A program made the translations under genes and the position numbers. From positions 35,292 to 99,291 of the forward strand of contig CAZUKQ010000002.1 in assembly GCA_964621025.1 (NCBI GenBank): a DNA stretch of 64,000 nucleotides, written 5' to 3'. This DNA comes from Candidatus Woesearchaeota archaeon. Lineage in GTDB: Archaea > Nanobdellota > Nanobdellia > Pacearchaeales > GW2011-AR1. The stretch's first letter is position 1, and each line of letters opens with the position of its first letter. Of this stretch, positions 27,319 to 37,517 are shown piece by piece. The notes beneath the pieces are model-generated. The model did no database searches. It had not been told where the DNA came from and saw only the letters and a list, made by a program, of their open reading frames with translations.

Positions 27319-28536
27319 TTAAGCTCTAGTAGGATCTGCAGCTGCGTAATCAGCCTTTGCAGTTCCGACTACCTTTTCGTAAAGTTCTCTTGAAGCCTTG
27401 GATCTTGCTAACCAAGTATTTAATTCATCAGGAGTCATAGGTTTAGCAGTTGTTCTTGCTCCTAATTCTCCCAAGATAGCTTCTGTGTGAATTGCTCCGA
27501 CTTTTACAATTTCTGCAACCGTTTTGTCCATTGCAACATCTGCTTGACCGAAAGATCTAACTTGGTAACCCGTTTTTAAGATTGTTTCAATATTTGTGAA
27601 TAGGACTGTTCTGTTGTCAATCTTTTCTTGCATATCAACAATACCATTGTTAATTCCTCTGATAATGTCTCTAAAGTTGGATAAAACTTGTTCTTGGTAT
27701 TTCAAGTCGTTTTGAGCGTTTTTTACAATTCCGAAGTAAAAGTCTTCTTGAGTCTTAGCTGTTTCAAGTGCGTCTCTAACTTCAATTCTTTCTTTGTCTT
27801 TAGCTGTTCTTGCTTCTCCAGTTAGTGTTGCTAGTTGTAATTCTAATTCTCCTAGTTTTATTTCTTCTTTCTTTCTTTCTGTTTGCCAAGCATCATATTG
27901 TTTTTCGTTTTCAAATAGTTTGGTCATAGTTGTATCTCTTGTTGATTGAACTTCATTTGCAGCCTTTTGGTTGTTTATACCTGCCTGGTACATTACATCT
28001 TTCATAGACTTGTAGTAATCTAAGAGTGTAATTACATTTTGATCTAAAGTTGATTTAAGAATTCTTTTTGTTCTTAGTTTTTCTGCTTCTTGCTGTAAAC
28101 CTACTCTTGCTGTTTCTAATTTTGCTTTGTTATAAAACTTGCCAATGATTGGAAGATTAGCTTTTTTTGTTAAATTGTCAGCTTTATCAATTAACAATTG
28201 TTCTTCAGGAAGGTAGGTAGTTATTCCACCAAGGTATTGTTCAATTTCACCAAAAGTAGATGTTAAGAAACCAACTGTTTCACCAACGAAGGAAGTAAAT
28301 TCTTTACCCGTTTCAAGTGCTGCTTCAAGTTGGCTTTGTCCAGTTTTTACATCTCTAACTCCTCCAGCTAAAACCTGTTCAGATCCTTGTCTGTATGTTT
28401 TAAGAAATTCTTCGTTAGATTGCTGTAACTTTTGTGCTTTACCAGCAATGTCTGTTTGTTTTTTCCCAGCTTCAGTAGTCATTTGTTCAAATAAGTTTGT
28501 TTTGATTAATGTTGTTGGTGCTGTTTCGTTTACCAT
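27319..28536 (-). CDS. long alpha-helical/coiled-coil protein, first gene of operon
   Basis: 405 aa, heptad-rich, few Pro; TTTAAATA at 28573-28566. Confidence 0.8.
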   Translation of the reverse strand: MVNETAPTTLIKTNLFEQMTTEAGKKQTDIAGKAQKLQQSNEEFLKTYRQGSEQVLAGGVRDVKTGQSQLEAALETGKEFTSFVGETVGFLTSTFGEIEQYLGGITTYLPEEQLLIDKADNLTKKANLPIIGKFYNKAKLETARVGLQQEAEKLRTKRILKSTLDQNVITLLDYYKSMKDVMYQAGINNQKAANEVQSTRDTTMTKLFENEKQYDAWQTERKKEEIKLGELELQLATLTGEARTAKDKERIEVRDALETAKTQEDFYFGIVKNAQNDLKYQEQVLSNFRDIIRGINNGIVDMQEKIDNRTVLFTNIETILKTGYQVRSFGQADVAMDKTVAEIVKVGAIHTEAILGELGARTTAKPMTPDELNTWLARSKASRELYEKVVGTAKADYAAADPTRA

Positions 28537-28626
28537 GTTCGTATGATTATTTTATCAAAAGTTCATATTTAAATCTTTCGTTTTTGTTACTCTTTTATAA
28601 TTACCACACTAATCTTTTGAGAAAAA

Positions 28627-28697
28627 TGCAGTCGCCGAGAATCGAACTCGGGTCACAACCTTGGCAAGGTCGTATTCTACCACTAAACCACGACTGC
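28627..28697 (-). tRNA. tRNA-Gly(GCC)
   Basis: GCAGTCG/CGACTGC acceptor, CGACC-TTGCCAA-GGTTG, CCGAG-TTCGATT-CTCGG. Confidence 0.95.
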
Positions 28698-28823
28698 GTG
28701 TAACAATACGACCTTTTGAGGATTTAAAAATATATTGAATTGGAGTAATCAGAAGTTTTTTAAATAGTTATAACTTAAATAAATTATTCCTAAGGAAAAA
28801 AGTTCTGGTGATTTAGCATAAAA

Positions 28824-29642
28824 ATGAAATACGATCAATTTGAAAAACACCGGGCAAAGTCCATGACAAAAATATCTCTTGATAAATGTAATCCTGAAGA
28901 TACTTCTATTTTTCCCGAAGGTAAACAAGCAGCTATGGAACTTCTTGTAGGGGTTAATCAGGAATTAGGTAATCTTCAAGATATGCTTTATGCAGAACAT
29001 AAAAATAAATTATTGATAGTTCTACAGGCAATGGATACTGGTGGAAAAGATGGAACAATTAAAACCGCTTTTAGCGGATTTGGTCCTCAAGGTGTGAGGG
29101 TTGTCAGTTACAAAGTTCCTACTGCTGAAGAAACGAGTCATGATTATTTATGGAGAGTTCACAAACAAGTTCCTGCTAGTGGAGAAATTGTAGTGTTTAA
29201 TAGAAGTCATTATGAAGATGTTTTGTCTGGTAGAGTTCATGGAAAAATCTCCGAAGAAGTTTGTGAAAGAAGATATCAACACATAAATTATTTTGAGAGA
29301 ATGTTATCTGATGAAGGAACCACTATCTTGAAATTTTTTCTTAATATAAGCAAAGATGAACAAAAAGAAAGATTAGAAGAAAGATTGACTAATCCTTCGA
29401 AAAATTGGAAATTTAGTACAGGCGATCTTTCTGAAAGAGAATTTTGGCAAGATTACATGAAAGTTTATAGCGACGTAATTAGTAAGACAAGTAGCTCTGT
29501 TGCTCCATGGTATATTATTCCTTCAAACAAAAATTGGTATCGGAATTTAGCTGTTGCTTCTATTACTGCAAATACTCTTAAAAAATTAAAAATGAGTTAC
29601 CCTTCTACAAGTATTGATTTGAAAGGGATTGTTGTAAACTGA
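28824..29642 (+). CDS. ppk2: polyphosphate kinase 2 (likely class III)
   Basis: LQAMDTGGKDG, HDYLWR, FNRSHYEDVL, APWY.IP..KWYRN. Confidence 0.92.
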   Translation: MKYDQFEKHRAKSMTKISLDKCNPEDTSIFPEGKQAAMELLVGVNQELGNLQDMLYAEHKNKLLIVLQAMDTGGKDGTIKTAFSGFGPQGVRVVSYKVPTAEETSHDYLWRVHKQVPASGEIVVFNRSHYEDVLSGRVHGKISEEVCERRYQHINYFERMLSDEGTTILKFFLNISKDEQKERLEERLTNPSKNWKFSTGDLSEREFWQDYMKVYSDVISKTSSSVAPWYIIPSNKNWYRNLAVASITANTLKKLKMSYPSTSIDLKGIVVN

Positions 29643-29682
29643 TTTAGAACAGATTTAAATATTAGTTTCTGTTTAATAGACT

Positions 29683-29883
29683 ATGAAAAATAAATTGAAT
29701 CAAATTTTGTTGACTACTCTTACTGGTCTAACTTTAGTTGGATGTCAAACAGACAAAAATGTTCGTGAGTTAAAAAGTTTACAAGAACTTGAAATGTATC
29801 AATGTCCTCTTCTTACAAATTTTGTTGAAAATATTAAAAATTACTCTGGAACAAATGACTCTCGTTATGTTGGTTTTAGATGA
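29683..29883 (+). CDS. small lipoprotein-like hypothetical protein
   Basis: Signal ending LVGC; own TATA. Confidence 0.55.
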   Translation: MKNKLNQILLTTLTGLTLVGCQTDKNVRELKSLQELEMYQCPLLTNFVENIKNYSGTNDSRYVGFR

Positions 29884-29918
29884 AAAACGTTTAAATACTA
29901 AATTTACATATATAATTT

Positions 29919-30071
29919 ATGGAAAACAAACCAAATTTACAGGCAATCCTGAAGGAAGGATTTGAAGATGTAGGTATGGAAAATTGTAAAATCTATAGAA
30001 AAGGTGAGGAAATGGTTCTTTATAATTTTGCAAAAGACGAGGTTCTTCATCGTTACAAATTGACTGAATGA
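29919..30071 (+). CDS. 50-aa hypothetical protein not in the ORF track
   Basis: MENKPNLQAILKEGFEDVGMENCKIYRKGEEMVLYNFAKDEVLHRYKLTE; TTTAAATA at 29890, 29 nt upstream. Confidence 0.6.
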   Translation: MENKPNLQAILKEGFEDVGMENCKIYRKGEEMVLYNFAKDEVLHRYKLTE

Positions 30072-30107
30072 AGACAGATTTAAATATTACAAATAATTAT
30101 AAAAAAT

Positions 30108-30716
30108 ATGTTAAAAAAGTGGTTATTGAGATTTATTTCTAGAGAGAAAATTTATACAATTTTAAAATGGTTTATTTGGGTTACTCTTGTTATTGCTTTT
30201 GTTGGAGCAATTAGGGATGGGAATTATTTTGTGTTGTTTTTATCGGCTCTTGCTTTTTTGTTAACTTTAGCCCCTCATTTTGTAAAAGATAGATTTAACC
30301 TTAAACTTCCACAAGAATTAGAATTAATAATTATCTTTTTTATCTATGCAACCCTTTTTCTTGGAGAGATTGAGAATTATTATTACGTTTATTGGTGGTG
30401 GGATATTTTAATGCACGCTTTCTCTGCTGTTGCTCTTGGTTTCATTGGCGTAGGTATTCTTTATGAGATGGATAAGAAAACTATTATCCAAGCAAGACCG
30501 TCTACTTTAGTGTTCTTCGGTTTCTGTTTTGCTGTTGCTTTCGGTGCTGTTTGGGAAATTCTAGAATTTAATGTTGATCAGACTTTCGGAACCAATATGC
30601 AGAAGTCAGGTTTAATGGATACAATGGGTGATTTGATGGTAGATGCCTTTGGAGCTTTTGTAGCTTCTTTTATTGGATATTTTTATATTAAGAGAGAAAA
30701 TAGGAAACACAAATAA
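30108..30716 (+). CDS. DUF2238/YjdF-like membrane protein
   Basis: WWDILMH, VWEILEF, DTMGDL. Confidence 0.75.
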   Translation: MLKKWLLRFISREKIYTILKWFIWVTLVIAFVGAIRDGNYFVLFLSALAFLLTLAPHFVKDRFNLKLPQELELIIIFFIYATLFLGEIENYYYVYWWWDILMHAFSAVALGFIGVGILYEMDKKTIIQARPSTLVFFGFCFAVAFGAVWEILEFNVDQTFGTNMQKSGLMDTMGDLMVDAFGAFVASFIGYFYIKRENRKHK

Positions 30717-32312
30717 TTATTCGTAATCGCTCATTTCACTAATGTCGTGTTTTTTTGGTTTGATTTTTCCGGAAGCAATTATGTCATCAATTCTAAGAAT
30801 CATCATGGAAACTTCCGAAGCTGATGCGACTGCCTGAGTTTTTACTCTCAGAGGTTCGATTATTCCTTTTTGCATGGTGTCTTCGATTTTTCCGTTAAAT
30901 AAATTTAATCCGAAATTTTTATTTCCAGATTCGTGATGAACTTTTAATTCTGTTAAAATGTCCAAAGGATCTAGACCGGCATTTTCTGCGAGAGTTGTTG
31001 GAATAAATTCCATTGCAGACGCAAATTCCTGAACTGCAAGTTGTTCTCTTCCTTTTAATGTTCTTGCATATTCTCTCAATCTTTTTGCAAGTTCTACTTC
31101 AACTGCTCCACCACCAGCAACAACTTTTGAGTCTTTCATAACTGCGGAAACATCTCCAAGGGCGTCCATGATTGCTCTTTCAATTTCGTCGATGACATGT
31201 TCAGTTCCACCACGAATTAATATTGTTACCGCTTTTGGATTTTCGCAACCAGTGATGTAAGTCATGCCTTCTTCATTTTCCTTTCTTTCTTCTACTCTTT
31301 TTGCAAAACCTAAATCTTCTTTTGTCAATTCCTTAATATTTGTAACAATTTTTCCGCTTGTTGCCTTTGCTAATTTCAGCATGTCAGTTTTTGCAACTCT
31401 TCTTACTGCGTAAATTCCTTTTTTAGCTAAATAGAACTGTGCAGATTCATCAATTCCTCTTTGACAAATTACAACTTTTGCCCCTACTTCTTCTAACTTT
31501 CCAACCATTGATTTCAATAAATTTTCTTCTTGGTTTATGAAACTTTGAAATTGGTCTGGAGAAGAAATTGAAATTCTTGTTTCTCTTTCTAAACCTTTTA
31601 CTTCAAGAGCGCATTCTAGTAAAGCGATTTTTGCATTTTCAACAACTAGGGGCATTTCTAAAGAAACTCGTTCTTTGTCTAAAACAATTCCGTAGATTAG
31701 TTCTGTTTTTTCAATTGATTCGCCTTTTTGTTTTTCTATTTTTATGTCATCAAGATTAACTTTTCCGTCAACAGCTACGGCTTTTACTGCGTTGATTATA
31801 ATGCTATCAAATTTTTCTTTTACATATTCTGCGCCCTTTCCGGTCATTGCTGTTTGTGCGATTTTCGCTAGTTCTTCTTCAGTAGAAATTTCAATTGCAA
31901 GTTCATTCAAGATTTGTTTAGATTTTTCTGCTGCTAGTTTGTAACCTTTAGTAATAATCGTTGGGTGAATTTTTTGGTCTAATAATTTTTCTGCGTTTTC
32001 TAAAAGTTTTCCAGCTAACATTACGGCAGTTGTTGTTCCGTCGCCAACCTCACTTTCCTGAGTCTTTGCAATTTCAACAATCATTCTTGCAGCAGGGTGT
32101 TCAATTTCCATTTCAGATAAGATTGTTACTCCATCGTTTGTTACAGTAATGTTTCCTGCAGAATCAACTAACATTTTGTCCATTCCCATTGGACCTAAAG
32201 TTGTTTTTACAGTTTCAGCTAAAACTCTCGCAGCTAGAATATTATTTCTTTGGGCATCTTTTCCCATGAATCTTTCTGTGTTATCGGAAGTGATTGGGTT
32301 GTTAGTTGTCAT
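30717..32312 (-). CDS. ths: thermosome (group II chaperonin) subunit
   Basis: [30 protein letters not shown]. Confidence 0.96.
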   Translation of the reverse strand: MTTNNPITSDNTERFMGKDAQRNNILAARVLAETVKTTLGPMGMDKMLVDSAGNITVTNDGVTILSEMEIEHPAARMIVEIAKTQESEVGDGTTTAVMLAGKLLENAEKLLDQKIHPTIITKGYKLAAEKSKQILNELAIEISTEEELAKIAQTAMTGKGAEYVKEKFDSIIINAVKAVAVDGKVNLDDIKIEKQKGESIEKTELIYGIVLDKERVSLEMPLVVENAKIALLECALEVKGLERETRISISSPDQFQSFINQEENLLKSMVGKLEEVGAKVVICQRGIDESAQFYLAKKGIYAVRRVAKTDMLKLAKATSGKIVTNIKELTKEDLGFAKRVEERKENEEGMTYITGCENPKAVTILIRGGTEHVIDEIERAIMDALGDVSAVMKDSKVVAGGGAVEVELAKRLREYARTLKGREQLAVQEFASAMEFIPTTLAENAGLDPLDILTELKVHHESGNKNFGLNLFNGKIEDTMQKGIIEPLRVKTQAVASASEVSMMILRIDDIIASGKIKPKKHDISEMSDYE

Positions 32313-32593
32313 CCGTTTCTAGCAGACCAGACGTAGCTTTCTGTCTTTTCAAGTTTAGTTTTTAGGGAGTTATTTTGAGCATACTTTTCAGCAATTTTTC
32401 TCATTCTCCCGTAAAGTCTGTCTGTTTCTTTTTTTTCTTCTGGAATCTGATGCTTATTAACGCAAGAACTAAGATAAGTTTTACGAAGACTATCAAAGTC
32501 TCTATAAAAACTACAAACGTCTTCTACTGCTTCAGCAATAGTTTCTTCTAATCTTCTTGGAGAAGCTTTTTTTGGTTGAACTAGTTTTTTCAT
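32309..32593 (-). CDS. hypothetical protein
   Basis: ATGA overlap with thermosome start. Confidence 0.55.
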   Translation of the reverse strand: MKKLVQPKKASPRRLEETIAEAVEDVCSFYRDFDSLRKTYLSSCVNKHQIPEEKKETDRLYGRMRKIAEKYAQNNSLKTKLEKTESYVWSARNG

Positions 32594-32624
32594 GTTTCTA
32601 TTAGTCGTCGTCTATTTTTAAGTA

Positions 32625-32915
32625 TTATTGCCCTAGAACATCTATCTTCACAGCACTTGTTATGGGAGTACCCCCTCTTGCAATTTTTTCTAATTGTCTA
32701 ATTGAATTCCTTAATGTGTGTTTATCTTCTGCTTCAATTGTAAAAAAATTGTAATTTGCGCTTCTTCCTTTTTCAGAGTAGTATGCTTCCGTTCCTTTGA
32801 CTGTTACTGAGCTATTTCCTATTTGAATATCTGATAAGATTTCTCCATCAAACATTCCTCTTTCTATTGTTAAAAGAGTACATACGGGTACTGCGTATAT
32901 TTGTGTGTAATTCAT
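32625..32915 (-). CDS. hypothetical protein
   Basis: 96-aa ORF co-oriented with neighbours. Confidence 0.55.
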   Translation of the reverse strand: MNYTQIYAVPVCTLLTIERGMFDGEILSDIQIGNSSVTVKGTEAYYSEKGRSANYNFFTIEAEDKHTLRNSIRQLEKIARGGTPITSAVKIDVLGQ

Positions 32916-32925
32916 GTTCTTTATT

Positions 32926-33330
32926 TTATTTAAATTCTAAGGTATTTAATGCAAGGAAGATTGTCTGTTCGGTAGAAGGATAATTGGTTAAAATTTCTAA
33001 GGAATCTCCCAAACCATGAGTAAATGCATGAATATACTTTCTTTTTTCTTGAGGTATATTTTCGGGTAAAACATCTAAGGATCCTTCAACTTCCAGATGG
33101 CCCCTATACATTCCTTTTTCAGCTTTAATAATATATACAAGGCCACGGAGTGCTGTTTCTCTTCCAGGACTAATTGGTAAGCTAAATGAAGCCATATAAT
33201 TTTTTCCTTGATGCAGTCCATCCCTATATCCTTCAAAATGGCCCTTATCTGTTTCAAATTTGTTAGTAGTCAATTCAGCTATTGTTCCAAAAATGTAACT
33301 TTCAATTATTGTATTTTCTTTTTCTTTCAT
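32926..33330 (-). CDS. hypothetical protein
   Basis: 134-aa ORF with upstream TATA-like box. Confidence 0.55.
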   Translation of the reverse strand: MKEKENTIIESYIFGTIAELTTNKFETDKGHFEGYRDGLHQGKNYMASFSLPISPGRETALRGLVYIIKAEKGMYRGHLEVEGSLDVLPENIPQEKRKYIHAFTHGLGDSLEILTNYPSTEQTIFLALNTLEFK

Positions 33331-33428
33331 AGAATAATCTTTCTCTTTTTCTTTTTAAGTATTATTGTGATTGAAGTGATTTTAAAAAAGGTTAAAAACG
33401 TGCTTTTTTTAAGAGATATAGAGGAAAA

Positions 33429-34631
33429 ATGAATTTTCAAACAATAACTTTTGGTATATTTCTGTTTACCTTTCTGTTTGTGCTTACTTCTAGCTATATA
33501 GACCACAAGAAAAAACATCATTCTACAAAAACACCCTTCATTTCAGTTCTTATTCCCACACACAATGATGGAGATACTCTAGAGGAATCAATAAAAGGAA
33601 TCTACGATTCTTATGATTCAAAAAACTTGGAGATTATTGTTGTAAATGATTGTAGCACAGATAATACTGCTGAGATCTTAAAAAAACTTTCAAAGAAGTA
33701 TAAACTAAAGACTGTTACAAACAAAACAAACTTGGGAAAAGTTGATTCGTTGAATAAAATTAGTTCAATGGCAAAAGGTAATTTAATTTTGTTTTTAGAT
33801 TCTGATTTAATACTCAATAAAAAAGCATTAAGAGTTATGATTACTGACCTAGAACATGAAAAAGTTGCTGCTTCTACTTGCACTTACAAACCAAGAAATA
33901 AAGGATTTTGGGCACGAATGCAGGAATTAGAGTACGGTATGGATGGGCTAATAAAAACCTCCCATAATCATAGTTCAAGTTTGGGTCTTTGGGGAGGATG
34001 TTTCTTGATTAGAAAAAAAGCATTCGAAGAAGTTGGAAAATTCTCTAAACATATGTTAATAGAAGATGTAGATTTAGCTTTGAAACTTGTCGAAGCTGGT
34101 TGGAAAGTCAAGGAAGGTCATTGTTATGTTGAAACATACGTTCCTTCTACCTTCAAAAGTTTTGTTAAACAAAAAATGAGATGGAATGCTGGGTTTGGTC
34201 AATGTTTTGTTAAATACTCTAAGACTATGTTGTCCCACCCCCTTATGTTGTTTTTTGTTCTTACCTATGTTATGCTAACTGTTTCTTTTGTTTTCGTTGC
34301 AATTAAATATGCTACTTCTTTGAACTATCTCTTTGACTGGTTTGAATATTTTCACAGAGAAGGCTATTCCTTGTATACTTCTTTTGGTATGGCTCAGGTG
34401 AACACGGGTTTTAATATAATTCAAAGTTTGGCTTTGTATTTTTTCTATCCTCTGTTCTCTCTTCCCTATGTTTTCGTGACTATGAAAAGTAAGAAGGAAT
34501 GGTATAAGGTTTTTCTAATATTTCCTTTTTCAATAGTTTACGTTCCAATTTATGGTGTTCTTGGTGTTGTTGGAATTGCTAAGGGAATTTGGTTAGGTTT
34601 CACGCTTAAGGAAAATCAACGTGGTTGGTAA
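33429..34631 (+). CDS. processive GT2 glycosyltransferase
   Basis: VNDCSTD, LDSD, IED, QKMRW (QxxRW), flanking TM helices. Confidence 0.9.
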   Translation: MNFQTITFGIFLFTFLFVLTSSYIDHKKKHHSTKTPFISVLIPTHNDGDTLEESIKGIYDSYDSKNLEIIVVNDCSTDNTAEILKKLSKKYKLKTVTNKTNLGKVDSLNKISSMAKGNLILFLDSDLILNKKALRVMITDLEHEKVAASTCTYKPRNKGFWARMQELEYGMDGLIKTSHNHSSSLGLWGGCFLIRKKAFEEVGKFSKHMLIEDVDLALKLVEAGWKVKEGHCYVETYVPSTFKSFVKQKMRWNAGFGQCFVKYSKTMLSHPLMLFFVLTYVMLTVSFVFVAIKYATSLNYLFDWFEYFHREGYSLYTSFGMAQVNTGFNIIQSLALYFFYPLFSLPYVFVTMKSKKEWYKVFLIFPFSIVYVPIYGVLGVVGIAKGIWLGFTLKENQRGW

Positions 34632-34671
34632 AAACATTTAAATATGAGATTATTGAATTAATTATAAGAAG

Positions 34672-35175
34672 ATGGCAACAACTGATTCAGAGGTTTTCAA
34701 AGAGAAATTAAAACATAAGGGATTTTTTAGTTATTCTGACTTGTATAATTTTTGTTATAACTGGTTAAAGGATGAAGGTTTTAGTGTTTCTGAAGATGAG
34801 TACACTGAAAAGATTGCAGGAAATGGTAAGGAGATTATCATTAAGTGGAAGGCTACCAAGAAAGTTTCGGATTATATTAAAAATGAGATAAAAGCAGAGT
34901 GGCATATTTTAGGTTTGACAGATGCAGAAGTGATGGTTGGTGAAAAGAAGGAAAAAACAAACAAAGGAGAAGTTAAGATAACTGTTACTGCAAATTTGAA
35001 AAAAGACTATGAAAGCAAATGGGATACTTCAGTTACCATGAGATTTCTTAGGGATATCTATGATAGGTATATTATTAGAGAGTCTGTAAAGAAATATGAA
35101 GATAGACTAGAGGATAAAGCTCAAGATTTTGTTGAAGATACTAAATCTTTCTTGAATTTGGAAGGTAAGCGATAA
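34672..35175 (+). CDS. hypothetical protein
   Basis: 167-aa ORF with TATA 34638. Confidence 0.75.
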   Translation: MATTDSEVFKEKLKHKGFFSYSDLYNFCYNWLKDEGFSVSEDEYTEKIAGNGKEIIIKWKATKKVSDYIKNEIKAEWHILGLTDAEVMVGEKKEKTNKGEVKITVTANLKKDYESKWDTSVTMRFLRDIYDRYIIRESVKKYEDRLEDKAQDFVEDTKSFLNLEGKR

Positions 35176-35216
35176 ACCATACAAATATTTATAAAAGATT
35201 TCGTACTAAATTAAAT

Positions 35217-36572
35217 ATGGAAAAAAAGATTTTACTGGTTTTTGCAATTTTATTAATCAATTTTGTGTCGGCGATTTCAATAAATGATAGTGTTACTAAA
35301 GATGCAATTATCCCTGAGCTTAACCATCCTGCTGAGGTAGATTTAATTGTTTCAAATTTAAACAGTGGAGACTACAATGTGTACACTTTAACTGATGTTA
35401 AGATGATTCCTACAGACTCCTTTAAATTAGACTCTCCTAATGATAATGTTAAGTTGTTGATCTATCCAACTTCTGAGTTAAATGTTACTGGTTACTATTC
35501 ATTTACATATTATTTGAGAGAAGACAGAACAAATACCAATAATGAGGACAAAATGCTTGTTAACATTATGCCTTTAAAGTCTGCTCTAGAGATTACTTCC
35601 GAAGCTAACGACATGAATAAAGATACTGTTAGATTTTTTGTTAGAAACAGAGCTAATGCTGATTTAAAGAATTTAAATGTTAATTTCAGTTCCGCTTTAT
35701 TCAAATTAGAAAATCAGAAATTTGATTTAGATGCTTATTCAACAAAAATCTTCGACGTTGCTGTTCCAAATTTAAAAACTGTTCAAGCAGGTTCTTATTT
35801 GGTTAATGGTAATGTAGAAGTTATAAGTGGAAGCGGAAACATTGAAGGAAAAGTTTACATTGGTGAAAAGAAAGGAATTGACACAACAGACGAGAAAAAA
35901 GGTTTAATCATAAGAACTCAGACTATAACAAAAACAAATGTTGGAAATGTTCCAGAAGAAGTTAATGTTGTTATTGAAAGAGATGCTTTTAGTAGACTGT
36001 TTACTACATTCAATGTTGAACCAAATGTCGTCGATAGAGATGGTTGGAAGGTTAGTTATATATGGAGCGAAAAATTAGGTCCTGCTGAAAAATTTGAGTT
36101 AGTTGCAAAGACTAATTTCGTTTTTCCGGTTTTAGTTTTAATAGTAGCTTTATTTTTAGTTTTCGGATTCCAGAAATTTTATACTCAAAAGGTGGAAGTT
36201 GTTAAGTCTGTTTCGCCAGTTAGGACAAAAGGTGGTCAATTTGCATTAAGAGTTAGAGTTACCGTCAAAGCAAAAGACAATGTTCAAAATGTTTCGTTGG
36301 TTGATAAAATCCCTGCAGTTGTGAAGGTACATGAGAACTTTGGTGTTGCTGAACCTAATAAAGTTGATTTGAAGAATAGAAGAATTGAATGGAATTTTGG
36401 TAATATGAACTCTGGAGAGACTAGAACTGTTAGTTATATTGTTTATTCAACTGTCGGAGTTGTTGGGAGATTTGCTTTACCTAGCTCAGTTGTAGTATTT
36501 GAACAAAACAATGAGATTCATGAAGTTGAATCAAATCAAGTTTATTTCTTATCTGAGCAAACATTGGAGTAA
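35217..36572 (+). CDS. single-pass membrane protein with beta-sandwich ectodomain and post-TM beta domain
   Basis: Signal peptide, TM FPVLVLIVALFLVFGF, C-term NVSLVDKIP..IEWNFG..GETRTVSY. Confidence 0.75.
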   Translation: MEKKILLVFAILLINFVSAISINDSVTKDAIIPELNHPAEVDLIVSNLNSGDYNVYTLTDVKMIPTDSFKLDSPNDNVKLLIYPTSELNVTGYYSFTYYLREDRTNTNNEDKMLVNIMPLKSALEITSEANDMNKDTVRFFVRNRANADLKNLNVNFSSALFKLENQKFDLDAYSTKIFDVAVPNLKTVQAGSYLVNGNVEVISGSGNIEGKVYIGEKKGIDTTDEKKGLIIRTQTITKTNVGNVPEEVNVVIERDAFSRLFTTFNVEPNVVDRDGWKVSYIWSEKLGPAEKFELVAKTNFVFPVLVLIVALFLVFGFQKFYTQKVEVVKSVSPVRTKGGQFALRVRVTVKAKDNVQNVSLVDKIPAVVKVHENFGVAEPNKVDLKNRRIEWNFGNMNSGETRTVSYIVYSTVGVVGRFALPSSVVVFEQNNEIHEVESNQVYFLSEQTLE

Positions 36573-36732
36573 TTGTAACCATCGGTTGAGGGTGTTTTTT
36601 TGTCGCTATGTTTATATATTTGTTTGACTTTACATTTACATAGGGGTGAGTGGAGTTTCCGATGGCAAAGTTGGAAGAAATTTGCTCCTGTTTGGGATTG
36701 TTTTACATAGATTTTTTGCTGGAGGTTTCAAC

Positions 36733-37464
36733 ATGAAAGAGATTGAAGATGCACTTGCTACAATTGGTTTTAGTAAAAATGAAATAAAAACCTATGTAGC
36801 TTTAGTCAAATTTGGAAGGTCTTCTGCTCTAGAATGTTCAAAAAATACTGGAATTCATAGATCTAATAGTTATGATGCCCTCAAAAGTTTATTGGAAAAG
36901 GGTTTTGTTAGCCAGGTTATTGAGGGCAGTCGAATGGTTTTTGTTGCTCGTGAGCCAGAAGTTTTGAAAGATTTTATGAAACAGCAAGAAAGGGAGTTAG
37001 AGATAGCAGTTCAAGAATTAAATGATTTATCTTCGCATTTAGATGAAGAGGAAGGAGTTCAAATTTCAACGGGCTTGTTTAGTGTTAAAGAAATTTTCAA
37101 TACGTGTATTTTTTGTGAATCTCCAGTAGAGGTTTATGGGATTACAAAGAAAGTGATAGATAGATTGGGAGAGGGGTATTTTAAAGAATTACAGAAAAAT
37201 TCCATTAAGAACAAAATTCGGTTTAAAGTTATTGGAAATTTTTATGATGAAAAATTATTTGAGGCTGCAAAAAAATTAGATTTTATTGAGACAAGACATC
37301 TACCTGAAAAGTTCGATGGAGAAGTTGTGACAAGTCTTTGTGGAGGAAAGGTTACACTTTTTGTTTTTTCACAACTGCCTTTGGTAATTGAAATAAAAAA
37401 TAAGACTGTTTATGATTCGTACAAAAAATATTTTGAAATCTTGTGGAAGAAAGCAAGAGATTAG
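36733..37464 (+). CDS. TrmB family transcriptional regulator
   Basis: GFSKNEIKTYVAL, TGIHRSNSYDALKSLLEKGFV, YFEILWKKA; GGAGGT SD at 36721. Confidence 0.88.
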   Translation: MKEIEDALATIGFSKNEIKTYVALVKFGRSSALECSKNTGIHRSNSYDALKSLLEKGFVSQVIEGSRMVFVAREPEVLKDFMKQQERELEIAVQELNDLSSHLDEEEGVQISTGLFSVKEIFNTCIFCESPVEVYGITKKVIDRLGEGYFKELQKNSIKNKIRFKVIGNFYDEKLFEAAKKLDFIETRHLPEKFDGEVVTSLCGGKVTLFVFSQLPLVIEIKNKTVYDSYKKYFEILWKKARD

Positions 37465-37466
37465 TT

Positions 37467-37480
37467 GTCGCCTTTGCGAC
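37467..37480. promoter_or_regulatory. GTCGC-N4-GCGAC palindrome upstream of zinc-finger gene promoter
   Basis: Just 5' of TTCATATA (37489); half-site TTGTCGC also 5' of the trmB TATA. Confidence 0.4.
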
Positions 37481-37517
37481 TACACTTCTTCATATACTAA
37501 AATGAGTAGTATATGAA

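Noticed and set aside
19524-28697. Integrated element bounded by convergent tRNA-Val and tRNA-Gly
   Set aside because: No integrase, no duplicated tRNA 3' end (att) found by eye and no obvious compositional shift; tRNA flanking alone is insufficient.
28509-28703. 64-aa plus-strand ORF
   Set aside because: Antisense translation of tRNA-Gly.
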